DNA of 64,000 bases. It comes from Amoebophrya sp. A120 (taxonomy: Eukaryota; Protista; Dinoflagellata). The notes below the pieces were generated by a model, which had not been told where the DNA came from, did no database searches, and saw only the letters and a list, made by a program, of their open reading frames with translations. Shown piece after piece: positions 58,411 to 64,000 of this stretch (position 1 is its first letter; each line of letters opens with the position of its first letter). Location: positions 14,095,265 through 14,159,264 of the forward strand of contig CAJINV010000001.1 in NCBI GenBank assembly GCA_905178155.1, written 5' to 3'. Both the position numbers and the translations under genes were made by a program.

Positions 58411-60215
58411 TTACCCAAGCATCGAATGAATCTTCGTCTGGGTTTGGATCCACTGGAGCAATACGTGCGCATCGTCTTCGTCAATCGAGTAGATGGCGGC
58501 CAAGGAGGCGGCAGAGAGCTTGCCTCCGGATCCCTGCTGCTGGATGTAGTCAGCCAGCTCTTCGGCGAGTTTTTCGTTGCGTTTCAAACCCGTTCGCTCG
58601 ACGACTTCTTCAAACCTGAAAGAGTTATAAGTTTTTGCAATGCACTTGCACATGCAGATGCAATTACGAGGAGTATTTATCTAAGCTTTTTCCACCGAAA
58701 CAACTCGGGAAGTAGTTTCAATGTTATGATCATTCCTGTCTGCATTCTTATGTCACAAAAAGATGCCTAAGCAGAAGTACTGTTCCTTGAGCTCCTTGAG
58801 GCCGGCGAACTGTGCGTTCTCCACTCGTTCCTCGAAAGTGCTGTCGTGTGCCTGCTTTTTTCGAAGCAAGTAGCTTGCCCATACGCGAAGCATACTCGTA
58901 TTTTCCTCATCCGCTTGCTGTTCCTGGCCCTCCGCCACTTTCGCGGCCCTCTTCGTTCGAAGACACGTCGCAACGCGGGTTCGCTCCTCCTGCGTCAATT
59001 GCTGCAAGGATTTGTAGAATTCTCGCCGCTCCTTTTCTTCCTCTGCTTCCTTTTTCTTCTTTTCGTCTGCTGCTGCCGCAGTGGCGCTCGCAGCTGTTCC
59101 GGTCCTACCGTTGCTGGCCTGCTGTTGATCCTGCTGTTCATCAGAAACCGCCTTGTCACCCGTCGAGGCCGCAGCGTCCGTTGTCGAGGCCGCAGCTTGT
59201 TCGGGTTCATCCGTCGGCGAGGGAGGCTCGGACGTGTCGGTGAGCCTCTCCGTCATTTCTGCTTTGGGGCAGAGTTCGGAGGCGAAAAACTCGCATAACG
59301 CAGCACGATTTCGGTGGATCATCTCTGGCCTGAGAATCCACTGCAGGTTCTCCAGCGCTTTGGTGAAGTCCTTGACTTTTTGGTGGACCAGAGCACGCCA
59401 AACGAAGGCTGTGCCGTTGTTCGGGTCCACCTTCGCAGCTTCGTCGCAATGCGGGAGTGCGCGTCGATACCTGATAATGAAATGGCAGCAGGACGCGGTC
59501 GTGGAAAGGGAAACATAAAATCTTGCTGGAGCAGCTCGCCGCGGGAGCGCGCTTCAGAAGAGCCCTACTTCTACTCGTACTCGTCATCAAAGGACATAGT
59601 CTACGCATGCTGATTTTTCACACTTGGTCACACAGGACCACCACTACGGCGCCGAACTTGTTTATCCGAGGTCATTTGAAGTAAAAAAATCTGTACAGCT
59701 CTTGCTTCATGTAGATTTCTGCTTTGAAGGACAACAGCAAGGATTTCGCCATGACCACACGTGGAACGTCGTCGGTCGCCATGGGGAGCCCCTCGCACTG
59801 GGAAATCGCATCCAGTCCCTGATTGTACACTTGTTCCGCGGTCTTGTAATCCGCAGCGGTATACTGTGGTGAGGTTTGTTAAGAAAGCGGTCACGTTTTC
59901 ATGGCATATCATTCATGTTGCTGGGTAGTGAGGGTGACGGTGATGAATGTGTCCCCAAAGACATCAGCCAGAATCAAAAGAAGATAAAAACATCACCAGG
60001 GAGCAGCAGAAGTACTTGTAGTTTTTAGTTGGTTTTCAGCCGCGAAAAAACATCAAGGGGTAAATGAGTACCAATTGACGTCCGCCTTCGAGCATTTCAT
60101 TGACGTATTCCATTAAGGAGTCAACATTGACGACCTGCTCCCCCTGCTCCAGGTCCACTTCTGTGCTGTCCGTACTAGGAGATTGCTCATCCACCTCTTG
60201 CTGCGGATCAGCCAT
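58411..60215 (-). CDS. TPR-repeat protein (401 aa; exons 60215-60072, 59863-59697, 59470-58781, 58615-58411)
   Basis: GRQL|YTAADYKTAEQVYNQGL, KAEIYMKQEL|YRRALPHCDEAAKVDPNNGTAFVWRALVH match three TPR motifs; three GT-AG introns give one frame (1206 nt). Confidence 0.85.
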
Positions 60216-61195
60216 TTTCAATTCTTGATTAGGCTTGCACATCTACGACGGGGTGGGGTGCTAGGAGATAGCAAAGTGGTTAGAGGCAACGGAAAAGTGG
60301 AAATAGGGAAAATGGAAAAAATATGTCGCAAATAAAGGAACAAACGGCTCGTCAGTGGAACTAGAAAAAGTTGACGAAAGGTACTTACGACTGATGCTGA
60401 ACCTACGACGACTTTGAGACCGCTGTCATTGCATTTGATTTTGCAGAGTGAGTACACCAATAAAATGAGGAAAAACCACACAAATGCCTTATGGCTGCGC
60501 AATTCGAAACAGCAAATCTACCAACATCGGACTTCTTCTACGAACATTCTTTCGTTCTTCATTTGGAACTTTCATTCAGGGAACGATGATCGCAAGGCAC
60601 CTTTTGACGTGCGAGATAGAGTTTCCAGCCATCCAGGATCTATTTTTTGTGCATCACGATGATCATTTATTTTTTTTTTCTAGATACTATTTCTGCACTA
60701 CACCGACGGCGATGAACCGCAAAAAAATCGTTGATCTTGAACCATTGTGATTTTCGCGGCAGCACTCTTTGTTTCGCTTGTTCACAAAAAAAAAGCCAAG
60801 GATCCAGTCGACGAGAACGGTACTGTCTCGTTGCTGCAATAGCCGATATCACGACCAAAATGGGCAAAAGCTAGCAGGAGAAGACGCGGCACGGCAATCG
60901 GAGGCGAACAACATTCTGGAAGCGTTTGCGTTCCGCAGACCTGCAACTGCAAATAAAGACTTTCTAGCCCCTTCACGCTGTAGCTCGATCATGTGTGTGG
61001 ATGAAATATGTTCAGTCGTGTAACAAGTGGACAATGCGAGCAAGTTCTTGCTGTCGTCGTTTTTTCTTTTCAAACGTGCTCGCCAGTTACTAGGTAGTGT
61101 CGCCTGCCGTACAGTGAGTTAGGGAGAGGGGGCCCGCCGCAACTGCTTGATTATTCTATCCGTTTCCGTTCCATCGACAACACTTCTCCTCTGCC

Positions 61196-63621
61196 TCATC
61201 CTTTCGGCGCCAGTTTTTCTTCCATCACCCACTCAGCGATCTGCTTTCGGTAGCTGGAGTCTTTGTTCGGGTCGATCGCGAAAGTAAACAGATCGAGTCC
61301 CGTCGCCCCGCGGCGGTAGTTGCTCAAAACTTGCTCGACATAAAGCAAACAGAACACCCCGCACTCGAATTATGAAGGCGAAGAACTCTTTCAGCTAATG
61401 GGAATACTTGCTTCGTCAGAGCATGGCTGCAACACCAACAGTCCTTGTTGCGGAATGTGAAAATTAGCCCCCGAAAGGAGCAGGAGGAGGGGCGCACATT
61501 GATGATGACCAGACTGCAGTCCTCTGCTCGGAACATAGCCAAGAGATGCAAGAAGTTATATTCGAATTATGTTGAGCTTGAGGTTGAGAATGAAAGGTTG
61601 ACAATTTTTGGGCAAGGATCTCCCATCGGCAGATGAAGTCTTCAACTTCATACATGCGTCATTCGCTGTTGTGGCAACCCGGCTCCTCCTGGACACGGAA
61701 GATCGATAGATGCGTAGATCTTCCATTGCGACACATCTTGGCCCTCCCATTCATCCCCCTTGTGCTCCTTCGCCCACTCCTTGCACAAGTAGTCGTGTAC
61801 GAGCATACATTTTGCCGTCGTCGGATCTAAGTGCATCGAGTCCAGCACTGCCATTATTTTCGATCGGAAGTCTACCACCACAACGGTAAAGTGTTGTCCG
61901 TCGAGCACGGGCACGAAAAACAAATCTAATTCGAAGATCCGGATCGGTTTCGCCTTTCCATTTTCCACTTTCCGCCGCTCTAACCGTTTTCCCCAATTTC
62001 TAACTGTGTCAAAGCCACCTCTGCGCAAAGAACCGACGAAGTTGCACTTGTAGCAGAAAACTTTCGCTTCTTGATCCGCAGGCAGGAGTCGCTGATGATG
62101 GCGGAACCGAACCGGTAGAAGAAAGTCCACCAGTGTGTCATGCAGCCACTTGTCCATCAACAACGCTTCTACGTGTCGCACCCGGATCATCTCTTTGGTC
62201 CAGTGTTCGTCCTTGCCAGCAACCAGCAGCAGCGTATCCTCTCCCAGTTTTTGTAGATGCTCCTCCCACCAGGACTCGACTTTCTTTTCTGTTTCAGCAC
62301 TCACGGCCCACTCCTTTTCCAACTCACCAAGTAGACGCTCCTGTTCTGGCGTCAACGAGGGCAGCAGCATCACGTCGTCCTCACTTTCCTGGTCGGAAAA
62401 ATCCTGTTCCTGTTTGGCCGAGTCTTGCTCCGCTTCGTCCAACATCTGTTCGTCGTTTTCCGCCAGTAAGTTGTTTTCCACAGCAGGAGCTTTCGACAAG
62501 CTGGCAGTCCTGCTTTTGTTCTGCTGAAGATCATGACCGGCGCCGAGAAACAAACCACTCTGCTCCTCGCGCATGGTGACGTCAAAGTTCTGGCTTTCCT
62601 CCCCAAAAATTCTGCTACCCGGCTGCTCGTCATACAGCAGCGACGAACCGTAAAGGCTGCTCGAGGAGTGCGAGTGGGCGGGGGGTGCCTGTGGGGGCTC
62701 CTCGTATGCAGCTCCGTAGGTGTTTGCGGCGGGGGACGATGAAGGAAGGAAATGCTGGGTGTTCAGCACACGATCTAGGTACTCCAACTCAGTGTCGTCA
62801 CCGTTTTCGTGGTCTTCTTGTTGCACATTGGAATCCGGAAGAGGGTCAAGCGCCACGGGCTCCTTCGTGTCTGCGGGTTCGAGGAGAAGAACGTTATTTC
62901 TAGAACTCGAGCTTGTTAGTGAAGAGACGGCTACATTTTTGCTTTCACCTTTCCCAACTCGTTCTCGTGGTAACAGTCGGGGGTGTCGTTGCACCGGTGC
63001 CGGTTGTGGGTCTGGAGGCCCTGTACGCCGAGCAGCACCGGGGCGCGCGAAATGCGTCGTATCGCCGTCGACGCCAGGGAGCGTAAATGTGAACAAATTA
63101 CTAGAATTGTTAGCTCCGTTGCCGTGGAGCTGCAGTGGTGTCTCGTCAATGTCGTTTTCCGCTCGTTGACGCGTTTCCTCCTGGTTCATCTTCGTGATTA
63201 TCGTTGGAGTGTAGTCTCTCTCGATCTGTCGGATGAGGTGGTTTTGGCAGTCGTTTCTGAATTGAGTCCGCTGCTCCGGGTCCATTTCTGCAAGCTGCTT
63301 CTCGCCGAACAGCCGTAACATGTTGTCGTCAACCTCTGCTTCGATGTGTTCGAGCACGATCCTGTCCTCTTCCTGCCTCAGCATCATCGTCGTTGGGTCG
63401 CGGGACCGGTGCTTATCTGCATACGCGCTCAAATCCTGCGAGTTCTGCATTGTTCCTGTTCGCCTGTTGCCGCTTAGAATGTCAAAAAAAGTGGCAGCAC
63501 ACTCGTCCCCGAAGTCGCGTCGATAAATTTGTTCGGCAAGAACCCAGGCCTTCGGCTCTTCCAGATCCAGCGTTCGGTTGCGCAAGTAGCTGGGTGCTCC
63601 TGCTCGGTCCCGTGTTGCCAT
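61196..63621 (-). CDS. Ulp1/SENP-family SUMO-type protease (exon 63621-61654 plus exon ~61366-61196)
   Basis: WLHDTLVDF, FFVPVLDGQHFTVVVVD, VLDSM, PQQ, then ECGVFCLLYVEQVL in a separate frame; H-D-C triad complete after splicing. Confidence 0.88.
61367..61653 (-). other. Intron with decayed ~32-bp terminal inverted repeats and probable non-canonical 3' site
   Basis: TATGAAGGCGAAGAACTCTTTCAGCTAATGGGA (61371-61403) versus TCCCATCGGCAGATGAAGTCTTCAACTTCATA (61621-61652). Confidence 0.6.
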
Positions 63622-64000
63622 GCTGCAGTATCAGGAGAGATTGCACTGAGAATTATGTCGCTGCCCCGGGGTCCTCAAGGGCTGTGCGCCAAAAGATTTT
63701 GCCGACTCTGTTGTTGTCCGTCCTGATGACAAAGGCCGGAATTTTTGCGAGGCTCGATAGCGGAAACGTAAAGCGAATGAGCAGGAAGATGTTGTAGGTT
63801 AGAGCCGTCGCGGTGATGAATCCTCACTTGCTCTGGTGCCCAGGAGAAGCGGGCTCGGTGATTTGTGCTTAATGCGCTACCTCCGTCATCATGAAGGAAA
63901 ATCAAACTATCAGTCGTGGTGCTTTAGTTGCTCTATTGTCAGAGGGTGAAAAGGAAAAACATAAGGTCTCACGTTCCATCTTAGTCGTACTCACATGTTG

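Noticed and set aside
36-58780. Three introns of exactly 165 nt (nucleosome-sized introns)
   Set aside because: No sequence similarity between them, and lengths overall spread from 106 to 290 nt; likely coincidence.
1-64000. Dinoflagellate spliced-leader relics (CCGTAGCCATTTTGGCTCAAG), rRNA or tRNA genes
   Set aside because: Not seen by eye; GCCATTTT matches are the antisense of AAAATGGC start contexts. A computational scan is needed to exclude degenerate copies.

Overview
Eukaryotic genomic DNA. About 22 protein-coding genes can be supported, and every one lies on the minus strand. They are interrupted by short introns (about 105-290 nt), mostly GT-AG and often AG|G. One intron is a clear introner-like element with terminal inverted repeats and a flanking direct repeat, and two others carry decayed inverted repeats. 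Strict co-orientation, AG|G acceptors and IR/DR introns point to a dinoflagellate-lineage alveolate, most likely an Amoebophrya-like syndinian; this is an inference. Recognisable genes: an iGluR-type channel with an unusual N-terminal glycine-betaine-binding (OpuAC/ProX-like) domain, an aldo/keto reductase, ALG10, a CCCH-finger methyltransferase-like protein, MsrA, a TMEM17/216-like protein, a 2OG-Fe(II) oxygenase, GcvT, phosphatidylinositol synthase, a bacterial-type AGE/mannose isomerase, a ~2330-aa calpain-like EF-hand protein, an AN1 zinc finger, a TPR protein and a Ulp1 SUMO protease. Two GC-rich insertions stand out. One is a 2.9-kb non-coding element with perfect 93-bp terminal inverted repeats and a regularly interspaced GTAGGTAGG motif array (17374-20260). 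The other is a 1.3-kb insertion between 43-bp direct repeats that holds a 30-bp minisatellite and hairpins (613-2007). All exon structures were derived by hand from reading-frame continuity and protein motifs and need RNA-seq confirmation. No rRNA, tRNA or CRISPR was seen.
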